NCBI GenBank assembly: GCA_004764695.1
Contig: SMSO01000035.1
Span: 3,732,040 to 3,796,039, forward strand
Length of the DNA: 64,000 bases
Direction of reading: 5' to 3'
Origin: Schizochytrium sp. TIO01
Taxonomy: Eukaryota; Protista; Bigyra: Labyrinthulomycetes
The notes beneath the pieces are model-generated. The model had not been told where the DNA came from. It did not search any database and saw only the letters and a program-made list of their open reading frames with translations. A program made the position numbers and the translations under genes. This document shows positions 40,926 through 50,719 of this stretch, piece after piece; position 1 is the first letter of the stretch; each line of letters begins with the position of its first letter.

Positions 40926-43688
40926 ATGACCGATTCCTCCAAGTGGTCTGATGAAACGATCAAGGTGATCAACGCCGCACACGAGACGGCTGTAAGCAGG
41001 GGCCATTCTCAGCTTACACCGGCGGCAGTGGCACAGGCGATGCTCGAAAACACCAACTCGCTTGCAACACGTCTTGTGGATCGCGCAGGTGGCGACCGTG
41101 CCACTCTGCTTCATGAAATTAATATGATAATGGGAAAGATGCCAACGCAGAGCCCGCCTCCTCAAGAACTTGCGCCCTCCAGTGGACTGCTCAGTGTTTT
41201 GCGCGCAGCAGCCAACTTTCAGAAGAAGCAAGGTGACTCATTTCTTACCCTCGACAGCCTCCTCAAGGCCTTAGCTAACGACTCCACGCTCAAGACTGCC
41301 TTCCAGGCTGCAGGTATTACTCCAAGTGCTATTGAAGAAGCCGCTAAGGCTGCCCGAGGCGCGAGCAACCGCCAGGTGCACACACGCAGTGGTGAACAGA
41401 ACTTCGAGGCCCTCGCCAAGTACGGACGGGACCTCACACAGGATGCCATGGACGGAAAACTCGACCCTGTCATTGGACGTGACCGTGAAGTTGCACGTCT
41501 TGTACAAATCCTCTCCCGTAAGACAAAATCCAACGCAATCCTCGTCGGCCCACCCGGTGTTGGTAAGACTGCCATATGTACTATGTTTGCCATGCGCATT
41601 GTTCAAGGTGATGTACCAGAGTCCATTATTAACTGCAGACTCTGGGAACTCGATGTTGCAGCACTCTTGGCTGGTGCTTCGCACCGTGGTGAATTCGAGG
41701 AGAGACTCAAGTCTGTACTCAAGGAGATCGAGGACTCCAACGGCCAGATCATCCTCTTTGTTGATGAAGTCCATCTTCTCATGGGCGCCGGTGGTGGTCA
41801 AGGTGCAGCAGATGCAGCCAACATTCTCAAACCTGCTCTTGCCCGTGGTCTCAAGTGTATTGGCGCCACCACACTCGATGAGTACCAAAAGCACATCGAG
41901 AAGGACAAGGCGTTCTCACGTCGATTTCAGAAGGTAGATGTATTGGAGCCCAGCGTAGAGGACACTGTCTCTATTCTTCGCGGAATCAAGGACAGCTATC
42001 AGTCACACCATGGTGTAACGATTCAAGATGCAGCTGTGGTTCTGGCTGCCAAGCTTGCGAAGCGTTACGTGACTCAGCGCCGTTTGCCGGACTCAGCTAT
42101 CGATTTGTTGGACGAGGCAGCTGCTCATGTACGTGTACAGCTCGACTCTCAGCCTGAAGAGATTGACCAGCTGGAGCGTCGTAAGCTTCAGCTGGAGGTT
42201 GAGGAGACCGCGCTCAAGCAGGAGAAAGATAAGGCCAGTAAGGACAGACTTAAGATTTGCCAGAAGGAGCTCAGTCAAATTGAGGAGGAGCTACGTCCGC
42301 TGCGCCTTAAGCATGAAGATGAGAAGAAGCGTGTAGACGAGCTTCGTCGTCTTCGTAATAAGATCAAGGAGGTACACCAGAAGATTGCACAAGCTGAGCG
42401 TGATCGTGACTTGACTCGAGTTGCTGACCTTCGCTATGGTGCCATTCCAGAGCTCGAAGGTCAACTGGAGCGACTCACCGTAGAGGATGCCAAGCGTAAG
42501 CGTGAGCAAGCCGACACTCGTCTTCTCACGGAGATCATCGGACCTCAGGATATTGCAATGGTAGTAAGTCGCTGGACTGGCATTCCTGTAGACCGTCTGC
42601 AGAGCTCTGAGTCTGAGAAGCTTCTAGAGCTTGCCGCGCGCCTGAAGACTCGTGTGATTGGTCAAGACAGTGCCATCGATGCCGTTGCCGATAGTATTAT
42701 TCGTGCACGTGCTGGCCTCGCTCCAGAGACTCGTCCTATTGCCAGCTTTCTGTTCCTGGGCCCTACAGGTGTGGGTAAGACTGAGTCTGTGAAGGCATTG
42801 GCTCAGGAACTCTTCGATGATCCCAACAGTATGGTTCGCATTGACATGTCAGAGTACATGGAGAAGCACGCTGTTTCTCGTTTGATCGGTGCAGCGCCCG
42901 GCTATGTAGGCTACGAGGAAGGTGGTCAGTTGACAGAGGCTGTAAAGCGTCGCCCATACACCGTGATCTTACTTGATGAGGTGGAGAAGGCTCACCGGGA
43001 TGTATTCAATGTACTTCTTCAAGTGTTGGACGATGGACGTCTTACGGATGGTCAAGGAACGTTGGTAGACTTTCGGAACACGATCATCATCATGACATCA
43101 AACATTGGAAGTCAGTACCTTATTGAGGCGATGTCTTCCCAGGCGACGAAGCGTCGGCGTATGAACCAAGTACCAGAATCTGACTCTGACTCCGACGACG
43201 ATCGTGTGGACATGTCTATGGAGAAAGCTAAGGAAAGTGTCATGCGAGATGTGCGCGCTCATTTTCGCCCCGAGTTGCTGAACCGTTTAGATGATATCAT
43301 TGTCTTTGAACCTTTGGCGCAGTCACGTCTCCATGCAATTGCAGAGCAGCAACTCAATATCTTGATGCGTCAACTAATGACGGATCGCAACATTACTGTG
43401 AAGGCTTCACCGACCACTCTGGACCATATCGTCAATGTTGCATATGACCCAGCATACGGTGCTCGTCCTCTGCGCAGATGGCTCGAGCGTTACATTGGCA
43501 CTGATGTCGGTCGCCTGGTACTTTCCGGTGCAATCGCCGATTCTGCCTTGGTCATTATTTCCACCAAGGATGAGCCTGTGAGCGCATCTGTGACAAGGTC
43601 ACTTCCTGCACCCGGTACAAGCGGTCTTCGTTATGACATCACTACATTCCCCGAGGATGATGTCGACATGATCACAAGCAAGTACTAG
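40926..43688 (+). CDS. HSP104: Hsp104/Hsp101/ClpB disaggregase, copy 1 (920 aa)
   Basis: ATG at 40926 aligns with the start of copy 2. Clp-N domain; NBD1 GPPGVGKT/FVDEVH; M-domain coiled coil 'ADLRYGAIPELE'; NBD2 [37 protein letters not shown]. Confidence 0.97.
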   Translation: MTDSSKWSDETIKVINAAHETAVSRGHSQLTPAAVAQAMLENTNSLATRLVDRAGGDRATLLHEINMIMGKMPTQSPPPQELAPSSGLLSVLRAAANFQKKQGDSFLTLDSLLKALANDSTLKTAFQAAGITPSAIEEAAKAARGASNRQVHTRSGEQNFEALAKYGRDLTQDAMDGKLDPVIGRDREVARLVQILSRKTKSNAILVGPPGVGKTAICTMFAMRIVQGDVPESIINCRLWELDVAALLAGASHRGEFEERLKSVLKEIEDSNGQIILFVDEVHLLMGAGGGQGAADAANILKPALARGLKCIGATTLDEYQKHIEKDKAFSRRFQKVDVLEPSVEDTVSILRGIKDSYQSHHGVTIQDAAVVLAAKLAKRYVTQRRLPDSAIDLLDEAAAHVRVQLDSQPEEIDQLERRKLQLEVEETALKQEKDKASKDRLKICQKELSQIEEELRPLRLKHEDEKKRVDELRRLRNKIKEVHQKIAQAERDRDLTRVADLRYGAIPELEGQLERLTVEDAKRKREQADTRLLTEIIGPQDIAMVVSRWTGIPVDRLQSSESEKLLELAARLKTRVIGQDSAIDAVADSIIRARAGLAPETRPIASFLFLGPTGVGKTESVKALAQELFDDPNSMVRIDMSEYMEKHAVSRLIGAAPGYVGYEEGGQLTEAVKRRPYTVILLDEVEKAHRDVFNVLLQVLDDGRLTDGQGTLVDFRNTIIIMTSNIGSQYLIEAMSSQATKRRRMNQVPESDSDSDDDRVDMSMEKAKESVMRDVRAHFRPELLNRLDDIIVFEPLAQSRLHAIAEQQLNILMRQLMTDRNITVKASPTTLDHIVNVAYDPAYGARPLRRWLERYIGTDVGRLVLSGAIADSALVIISTKDEPVSASVTRSLPAPGTSGLRYDITTFPEDDVDMITSKY

Positions 43689-44144
43689 AATAATTAATAT
43701 ATCATTACAACAGAATAATTTGAAATAGCCAGTAAAAAACATTGAAAATATCTTCAAACATATAGAACATATGAATTCAGTTCCTTTAGCATGTTGTCTT
43801 TATGCTTAGTGCTCCAATACGCCATTTAAAAATCTTGTTGAGGTCTTGCAACTCTTGTGAAATTTCGTATATAAATAGAATGCTACTTGCGCCCTTTATA
43901 ATCCGAAAGAAGCAGAAACAAAACCATCGTGATTGCCCTCAAAGCTGGAGCGATGAGCATGATGTATTGAATCCGATAAATGGAACTTGATCTTTCACTT
44001 TCTTGCTTCGATCGAAATTTATAGCAAAGAACCACTGTTATCATTTAAAACTAAATCTACACTTTTGAAAGCTTTTCGACGAGCTCGCTACGTGTGGAGG
44101 AGTCTTCAGGGAACCTGACATTGAAACGAACAATCAAATTACCC
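42642..44144 (+). repeat. 1,503-bp direct repeat, left copy (3' 1,047 bp of HSP104-1, intergenic, last 88 bp of DnaJ-2)
   Basis: Matches 47988-49490 at a constant offset of 5,346, with about 16 substitutions counted by eye and no indels seen. Confidence 0.95.
44057..44144 (-). pseudogene. Orphaned 3' fragment of DnaJ copy 2 ([28 protein letters not shown])
   Basis: Identical to 49403-49490 and truncated at the cassette junction. Confidence 0.9.
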
Positions 44145-44362
44145 CCAAGCAGGACCACACTTTCTGTGTCATGGCATACGCCTCGCGACTTGTGCCTTCC
44201 GATGCGCCGCTGGCCCAAGCTGCTGCGGAACTAGTGCGACTGCAAGGGCGCCGGGTAGAGTGAATGGAAAAATGAAAAAAAGCGAAAGAAACTTGATCTC
44301 AATTGAGAGTAAAAAGGATATTTGAAGAAGAGAAGAACGTAGGAGTATCTGCGAGTGAGTGC

Positions 44363-45346
44363 TCAGTAGCCGTCAAAGTACGTCCAACCCAGTTCATTCT
44401 GCTCGACAATCCCAGCGTAGATGCGTACAATATCCTTACCACACTCAATGTCTCTTAGTCGCTCCATGCTCATTTGAGGGTCTGCAATTGAATAGTCTCT
44501 GAGTTTTAGCTTTCCAAAACGTTTCAATTGAGTACTCTTCGGCCCAGTGCGACGAGGCGTTGGTAAAACAGAGCTCGTGGATTCGAAGTATGCACTCACG
44601 GGAATCACAGGAGCAGTTTGCCGGTGCTTACAAGGCGTTTTTACAGGTGTCGTGTATGCGTCTCCTCAAATGAGATGAACGAGTGTGTATCACAGTCCTC
44701 CTTCTCTTCCTCTTCATCCTCCTCCTCCTCAATGACAGATGATTCTTTGGCTCCACTGTTCAATTCAGCACTAGCTAGAGTGCGTTGAATACAATGACCG
44801 GGTCCAGCTGCTTGTAGCGACTCAATGTCTTGTAGGATACTTTCTAAGTGGGCAAAGAATGGATAGTACACAAGGAATTTGGCCTTGAAGAAGAAGTCAT
44901 CCGATTCCTGGAGAGGGAGGGAACTCCTTCATCAAATGCACAACCATTCGCACCTTGAAACAAAGCGGTTTGATTGAGGCTTGCCGCAAATGAGGGATCA
45001 TCTTGGAAGAGAATATTCAGATCCTCAGTTTGATTGAAGATGTGAAGTGCGCAAGTAAAAGCTTTCATGGCACGCAGAGTGGAGTCGTCAGTGGTAAAGA
45101 CACACCCGACCAAAGGAGTGATGGTAATCTCTTCCGGGGCTATATTTTCATTAAATACAGAACTGTAGAAAGAAAAGGGCCAAGTTCTCTTTGATAAGAG
45201 TAAAGGCGTGTTTGTGAATGACTGCACTGGTAAATTATTTTGCAAGTAATGGTCGCAAAGGCAGCTTTGATCTGCGCAGGGAGGAGCATGCAAAAGGGTT
45301 CAAGGAACTCCTTCGCAGACTCTAGACTCTCATCAATGACAATCAT
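44363..45346 (-). pseudogene. Frameshifted gene remnant (~325 codons, about 3 frameshifts), unknown family
   Basis: Four overlapping or abutting minus-strand ORF pieces (45346-45140, 45293-44844, 44871-44641, ~44665-44363) with protein-like composition, starting at ATG 45346. Confidence 0.55.
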
Positions 45347-45959
45347 CCGACTCGTAAGTAAGTGTTTGTGCTATTGATCCGCGTCAACTCTCGTTAGATT
45401 TCTGCTGCTCCGGTGCCTCTGACTTTGTTATTCCCAATCCAGAAGACAAGAAGAAGGTCCAGAACCGCTAACCTTAAGAACTAGATGGGCTTAGTGCGAT
45501 CTTGAGCGGTTGCACACGAAAGACGAGTCTACCTTTAAACCAACAACTTCATACAGGTTTGGACAATAACTCCCAATTCAAATCGACTCTGAGGGGGGTG
45601 GAGGTCACTAAAGGAGTCAGGTTTCGCAAGTATAAACAGGGATACAACTTCTTCCAAAATAAAAAATAAAAATAAAGAAATGAAAAGAATAAAAATGGGA
45701 ACTCTTTACGGTCCTACATTATTCCATAAGTTCTAAGCGCTCAGTAGTACCTCGTATTGAATTTGCTTGAGTGACCAAGAACTATTTTGAAAATTCTTTT
45801 AAAGGTATCAAAGAAACCATTACGAGGTACGCTTTTCTCATTACAAGTTGCACACACAGTTGCACACGCGAGTGAGCGAGGGAAAAGCTTCAATTGCAGC
45901 AAAACATCATCAGCGGCAAGCAAAACGCAAACGACAAGCAGGCCAGGCCAGGCGACAAC

Positions 45960-47849
45960 ATGCCGGACTCCGACATTGACGAAGAAAATGTACTTTCACT
46001 CGCTAGCGTGCAGGATATGTCTGACGAACAACTTCGGGATCTAGACCTGGCTAGTGTAGACGTGGGTGACGAAGTCCTTGAATTTCTCCTCAACAAACGC
46101 CAGCAATTGACCGAGAACCAAAGAAATCTGCTCCAACGACTCAAGAAATGGGCACGGAGATCCCGTCGACGGGAAGAAATAGGCACAGAACGGGGAATAC
46201 AAATAGGCACAGAACGGGGCATTGCTAGCACTCAGGAGACCGTGGCGGTGGCGCTAGACAAAAACCTCTTTTCTAGCATTTCGCGGAAACTGCTAAAGTC
46301 TACAGCGAAAACACCATCGACATGGGCTTTGCCGTATACCTCACTCAATGTGTGGGAGGAATTCGAAACAGAAGTAATTGAAAGTGAAGACTTTCTACTC
46401 TCCGGTGTCCTAGAAGCAATGATTGTGAACGTTATTTTCAAGCCCTTGCTAACCCTCGACATTCGCGCAAATGCCGAGAATGCAAAATTAAATTTCCTTG
46501 CTAGGGTCTGTAATCCACTTCAAACCTTGGGGCAGGATGTTGCTGACTTCCCTGAAATCGAAATTCAGCCTGAACAAAACATTGGTCTCGCACTGAAGTC
46601 GGATATTAACCTATCGGCAATTGAAAATGAAAACGGGAGGCAGGTTTCCAGGGTTTTCTGTGTCATCGAGGCAAAGCGACCAAACCAGTTCCTGACAGAA
46701 CATGGGCGAACCGTGGAAAAACGCAGGGAGAGAGCAGAAAAAAACGTAGTATGTATTGGGCTAAGCAAGGATTTTGAAAATGGTCTCTGTCAGTTGCTTG
46801 GATACATGGTGCTCTACGGCCTGAAGTACGGAGTTTTGACATCTTTCGAGGTCACGTACTTCTGCAAGCGAGACGAAGTAGGTCATATGTGGATTTCAAG
46901 GGGATTCTACGGAATTCAGAAAATAACAGAACCTAGTGTCAATTATGCGATGGCTGCCTTCATCTATAAAATCCTTCACGACAACGAAAGAAGGCTCCCT
47001 TACCCGTCCGCGGAGAGCGACTCGATTGAAGTAAGGGACTTTTATGCACAATGCCAGGAGAGCTGGGGCGATAAGCGGGTCGATAAGAAGGACACACTCA
47101 AGTTTTTGAAGGAGATGATCGGACCAGCTTGCGCAAATTTCATCAGATCCACGATAACGAGCGCGGCCAATCAGGCCGGTCAGGAAGATGAGATCGAGGG
47201 TCTCCGCAATAAAGTCGCCAGCTTCCTACCACTGAGCGAGAAGGCCTTCAGCATGCCTCTACCCTGGGAGGAGGATTTTAAGATTGTGGCGGAAGGTGTG
47301 GCTCGGATTCCTTGGATTTCTTATGAAGGTTTCACATGGGACGTCTTTGTCAAGGCTATGCAAATTTCGAAGGATTGGTCGAAGTGGGTTTTTGCAGAGA
47401 ACAAGGAGTTCTTTCTCAAAGAAGTTGAGTTCTATAAGGGCCCCCTGCACAAATTGCAAGGTCTTTACATCCCTTTCTTGGTGTATGGCGGCGTGTTCCA
47501 TGGCCAAGTAATCATCGCCACGACCTCTTCAGGTGTAACTGCGACTAAAGAGCTGATGATCACTCATCGTGATTGGGCGCCCCGTTCCATCAGAAAATCG
47601 CTTGCGCGCGTGCATCAGGCGGGCGTCTTACATGGCGACATTGCCTGGCGCAACATCGCACTCAACCCGGAGTCCAAGACTGCACATTTGATCGATTTTG
47701 GCCGCGCCACCCAACATAAAGACCCCAAGAAGTTTGAGAAGTTGCAAACTAAAGAAAAGGAGGCGCTTGAGGACTTGCTGTCCTGTGTCAGCGCGCGGAA
47801 GCGTCTGCGCAACTCATTTAGATCTCTCAAGCAAGCACTTGGCGTGTGA
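45960..47849 (+). CDS. PD-(D/E)xK (REase-fold) nuclease + atypical protein kinase fusion (Crinkler/CR-effector-like), 629 aa
   Basis: First ATG at 45960. Nuclease motifs 'PEQ..KSDINL..FCVIEAKRP..LCQLLGYMVLYGLKYGVLTSFEVTYFCKR'. Kinase motifs 'VFVKAM', 'EVEFYKGPLHKLQGLYIP', 'VHQAGVLHGDIAWRNI', 'LIDFGRA'. Confidence 0.85.
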   Translation: MPDSDIDEENVLSLASVQDMSDEQLRDLDLASVDVGDEVLEFLLNKRQQLTENQRNLLQRLKKWARRSRRREEIGTERGIQIGTERGIASTQETVAVALDKNLFSSISRKLLKSTAKTPSTWALPYTSLNVWEEFETEVIESEDFLLSGVLEAMIVNVIFKPLLTLDIRANAENAKLNFLARVCNPLQTLGQDVADFPEIEIQPEQNIGLALKSDINLSAIENENGRQVSRVFCVIEAKRPNQFLTEHGRTVEKRRERAEKNVVCIGLSKDFENGLCQLLGYMVLYGLKYGVLTSFEVTYFCKRDEVGHMWISRGFYGIQKITEPSVNYAMAAFIYKILHDNERRLPYPSAESDSIEVRDFYAQCQESWGDKRVDKKDTLKFLKEMIGPACANFIRSTITSAANQAGQEDEIEGLRNKVASFLPLSEKAFSMPLPWEEDFKIVAEGVARIPWISYEGFTWDVFVKAMQISKDWSKWVFAENKEFFLKEVEFYKGPLHKLQGLYIPFLVYGGVFHGQVIIATTSSGVTATKELMITHRDWAPRSIRKSLARVHQAGVLHGDIAWRNIALNPESKTAHLIDFGRATQHKDPKKFEKLQTKEKEALEDLLSCVSARKRLRNSFRSLKQALGV

Positions 47850-47874
47850 AAAAATGAACAGTATTGATTCATAA

Positions 47875-47896
47875 CTTCTTCTTCTTCTTCTTCTTC
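47875..47896. repeat. (CTT)7 microsatellite just 3' of the nuclease-kinase gene
   Basis: cttcttcttcttcttcttcttc. Confidence 0.8.
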
Positions 47897-47987
47897 TGCA
47901 GCAGCGTCGGTTAGCTCGACAGTTCTACCCGACTGGGCTTCAAGGTGCCTCGATTCAACATACCTTCAGTCTTCGTCGTGCCTCCAA

Positions 47988-49034
47988 CTGAAGACTCGTG
48001 TGATTAGTCAAGACAGTGCCATCGATGCCGTTGCCGATAGTATCATTCGTGCACGTGCTGGCCTCGCTCCAGAGACTCGTCCTATTGCCAGCTTTCTGTT
48101 CTTGGGCCCTACAGGTGTGGGCAAGACTGAGTCTGTGAAGGCATTGGCTCAGGAACTCTTTGATGATCCCAACAGTATGGTTCGCATTGACATGTCAGAG
48201 TACATGGAGAAGCACGCTGTTTCTCGTTTGATCGGTGCAGCGCCCGGCTATGTAGGCTACGAGGAAGGTGGTCAGTTAACAGAGGCTGTAAAGCGTCGCC
48301 CATACACCGTGATCTTACTTGATGAGGTGGAGAAGGCTCACCGGGATGTATTCAATGTACTTCTTCAAGTGTTGGACGATGGACGTCTTACGGATGGTCA
48401 AGGAACGTTGGTAGACTTTCGGAACACGATCATCATCATGACATCAAACATTGGAAGTCAGTACCTTATTGAGGCGATGTCTTCCCAGGCGACGAAGCGT
48501 CGGCGTATTAACCAAGTACCAGAATCTGACTCTGACTCCGACGACGATCGTGTGGACATGTCTATGGAGAAAGCTAAGGAAAGTGTCATGCGAGATGTGC
48601 GCGCTCATTTTCGCCCCGAGTTGCTGAACCGTTTAGATGATATCATTGTCTTTGAACCTTTGGCGCAGTCACGTCTCCATGCAATTGCAGAGCAGCAGCT
48701 CAATATTCTGATGCGTCAACGAATGACGGATCGCAACATTACTGTGAAGGCTTCACCGACCACTCTGGGCCATATCGTCAATGCTGCATATGACCCAGCA
48801 TACGGTGCTCGTCCTCTGCGCAGATGGCTCGAGCGTTACATTGGCACTGATGTCGGTCGCCTGGTACTTTCCGGTGCAATCGCCGATTCTGTCTTGGTCA
48901 TTATTTCCACCAAGGATGAGCCTGTGAGCGCATCTGTGACAAGGTCACTTCCTGCACCCGGTACAAGCGGTCTTCGTTATGACATCACTACATTCCCCGA
49001 GGATGATGTCGACATGATCACAAGCAAGTACTAG
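47988..49034 (+). pseudogene. 5'-truncated HSP104 fragment (NBD2 + C-terminus only)
   Basis: ~99% identical to the 3' part of HSP104-1. No initiating ATG and no N-domain, NBD1 or M-domain. Frame still open, with 6 missense changes (G>S, M>I, L>R, D>G, V>A, A>V). Confidence 0.88.
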
Positions 49035-49490
49035 AATAATTAATATATCATTACAACAGAATAATTTGAAATAGCCAGTAAAAAACATTGAAAATATCTT
49101 CAAACATATAGAACATATGAATTCAGTTCCTTTAGCATGTTGTCTTTATGCTTAGTGCTCCAATACGCCATTTAAAAATCTTGTTGAGGTCTTGCAACTC
49201 TTGTGAAATTTCGTATATAAATAGAATACTACTTGCGCCCTTTATAATCCGAAAGAAGCAGAAACAAAACCATCGTGATTGCCCTCAAAGCTGGAGCGAT
49301 GAGCATGATGTATTGAATCCGATAAATGGAACTTGATCTTTCACTTTCTTGCCTCGATCGAAATTTATAGCAAAGAACCACTGTTATCATTTAAAACTAA
49401 ATCTACACTTTTGAAAGCTTTTCGACGAGCTCGCTACGTGTGGAGGAGTCTTCAGGGAACCTGACATTGAAACGAACAATCAAATTACCC
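47988..49490 (+). repeat. 1,503-bp direct repeat, right copy
   Basis: Begins ctgaagactcgtgtgatt and ends caatcaaattaccc, as does 42642-44144. Confidence 0.95.
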
Positions 49491-50545
49491 TTGTTTCCAG
49501 TTCTTGTATTGGGCATGCCTCGCTCACGAAGTGTGACTTCGTGCTTGGACTCTTTGAGGGTACTGAATGGAACACGAATGTTTTGTTTGTCAAGGGTCTG
49601 TACAATAGCCTGGCCACCTTGCAAGGCATCCTTGAGGCTGATATCCACTACCACATAAAGGTCATCTCCTTTTCGTGTAAACTTCTCATGCGGCTTTTCC
49701 TTGAGTTTAAAGATCATATCAGCAGGTTCATAGCCAGGTTCCTCGGAGCCAAGGTTCTTGAAGGTAAATTTGGTCCCTTCCTTCATCTGCGGCTTCAGCT
49801 TAAGCTCAACAACCTGTTGTGAGTCTGTGTAGGAATTCGTAGACTCGTTAAAGAGTTTACGTGTGATCTTCAATTTCTTGGTAGCACTAGTATACAAGTC
49901 CTCTAGTGAAACGGAAAAGTCCTTTTCGACAGGAGGCCGCTTCTGGCGCTTGGCAGGACGCTGGGAGTCCTCGAATCCATTTCGTGAACCTCCAGACATA
50001 CCGCCCATCCCTCCAGGCATACCACCCATGCCACCCATTCCAGGCATGCCACCCATGCCGCCCATACCACCACCCATGCGGCCTCCCATGCCTCCTGGCA
50101 TGCCGCCCATGCTGGAAAACATAAATGGTTCGTCGTCATCGGCGCCGTTCATGAACGAGAAACCTCCATTGCTTCTAGACCCTCCAAAGAACTGCGAGAA
50201 GAGGTTCTCTGCAAATTCTGGAGGCATCGAGAATCCGCCAGCACCACCAGGACCTCCGCTAAATCCTCCGCCAAATCCTCCACTGCCCATATTGTCGGCC
50301 TGGTCACCGGTCATACCAGCCTTAAGGCCTTCTTCGCCAAAACGATCGTAAACCTTGCGTTTCTCGGGATCTGAGAGCACAGCATAGGCCTCGGCAACTT
50401 CTTTAAACATCCTCTCGTCACCAGTTTTGCGATCGGGGTGGTACTTCATAGCAAGCTTCTTGTAGGCCTTTTTCAGGGCAGGTTCGTCGGCATCCTTGCC
50501 CACGCCAAGGATTCCATAAAAGTCGCGGCCGGAGTCCTGCGGCAT
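49403..50545 (-). CDS. Hsp40 class B J-protein (Sis1/DNAJB-like), copy 2
   Basis: J-domain with HPD ('KYHPDRK'), G/F and G/M linker, C-terminal domains; clear paralogue of 39162-40286. Confidence 0.95.
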   Translation of the reverse strand: MPQDSGRDFYGILGVGKDADEPALKKAYKKLAMKYHPDRKTGDERMFKEVAEAYAVLSDPEKRKVYDRFGEEGLKAGMTGDQADNMGSGGFGGGFSGGPGGAGGFSMPPEFAENLFSQFFGGSRSNGGFSFMNGADDDEPFMFSSMGGMPGGMGGRMGGGMGGMGGMPGMGGMGGMPGGMGGMSGGSRNGFEDSQRPAKRQKRPPVEKDFSVSLEDLYTSATKKLKITRKLFNESTNSYTDSQQVVELKLKPQMKEGTKFTFKNLGSEEPGYEPADMIFKLKEKPHEKFTRKGDDLYVVVDISLKDALQGGQAIVQTLDKQNIRVPFSTLKESKHEVTLRERGMPNTRTGNKGNLIVRFNVRFPEDSSTRSELVEKLSKV

Positions 50546-50719
50546 TGTTGCTCGTCAAACGCAATCTTGTGCTTTTCGGCAGCCAGTTTTGTATCAATCA
50601 GTCAGGCGGCGTGCGCAATCTGCTGTATCCTGCCACTACTGCTACGGTATCAACGAAGAATTGATCTCCTGTCGAAGCCGAGGGAGGGTACCATTCGTGT
50701 TTGCTGCTCGATGCTCTCC

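Larger units (their letters stand above)
44145..47987. mobile_element. 3,843-bp inserted cassette (nuclease-kinase gene plus divergent pseudogene) between long direct repeats; no TIR, LTR, transposase or RT seen
   Basis: Unique sequence bounded exactly by the two 1,503-bp copies. Removing it plus one repeat copy restores a simple convergent HSP104-1/DnaJ-2 junction. Confidence 0.65.

Noticed and set aside
44145-47987. Cassette as a classical DNA transposon or LTR/LINE element
   Set aside because: No terminal inverted repeats, short TSD, transposase, RT or integrase. The long flanking repeats are host gene sequence, not LTRs.
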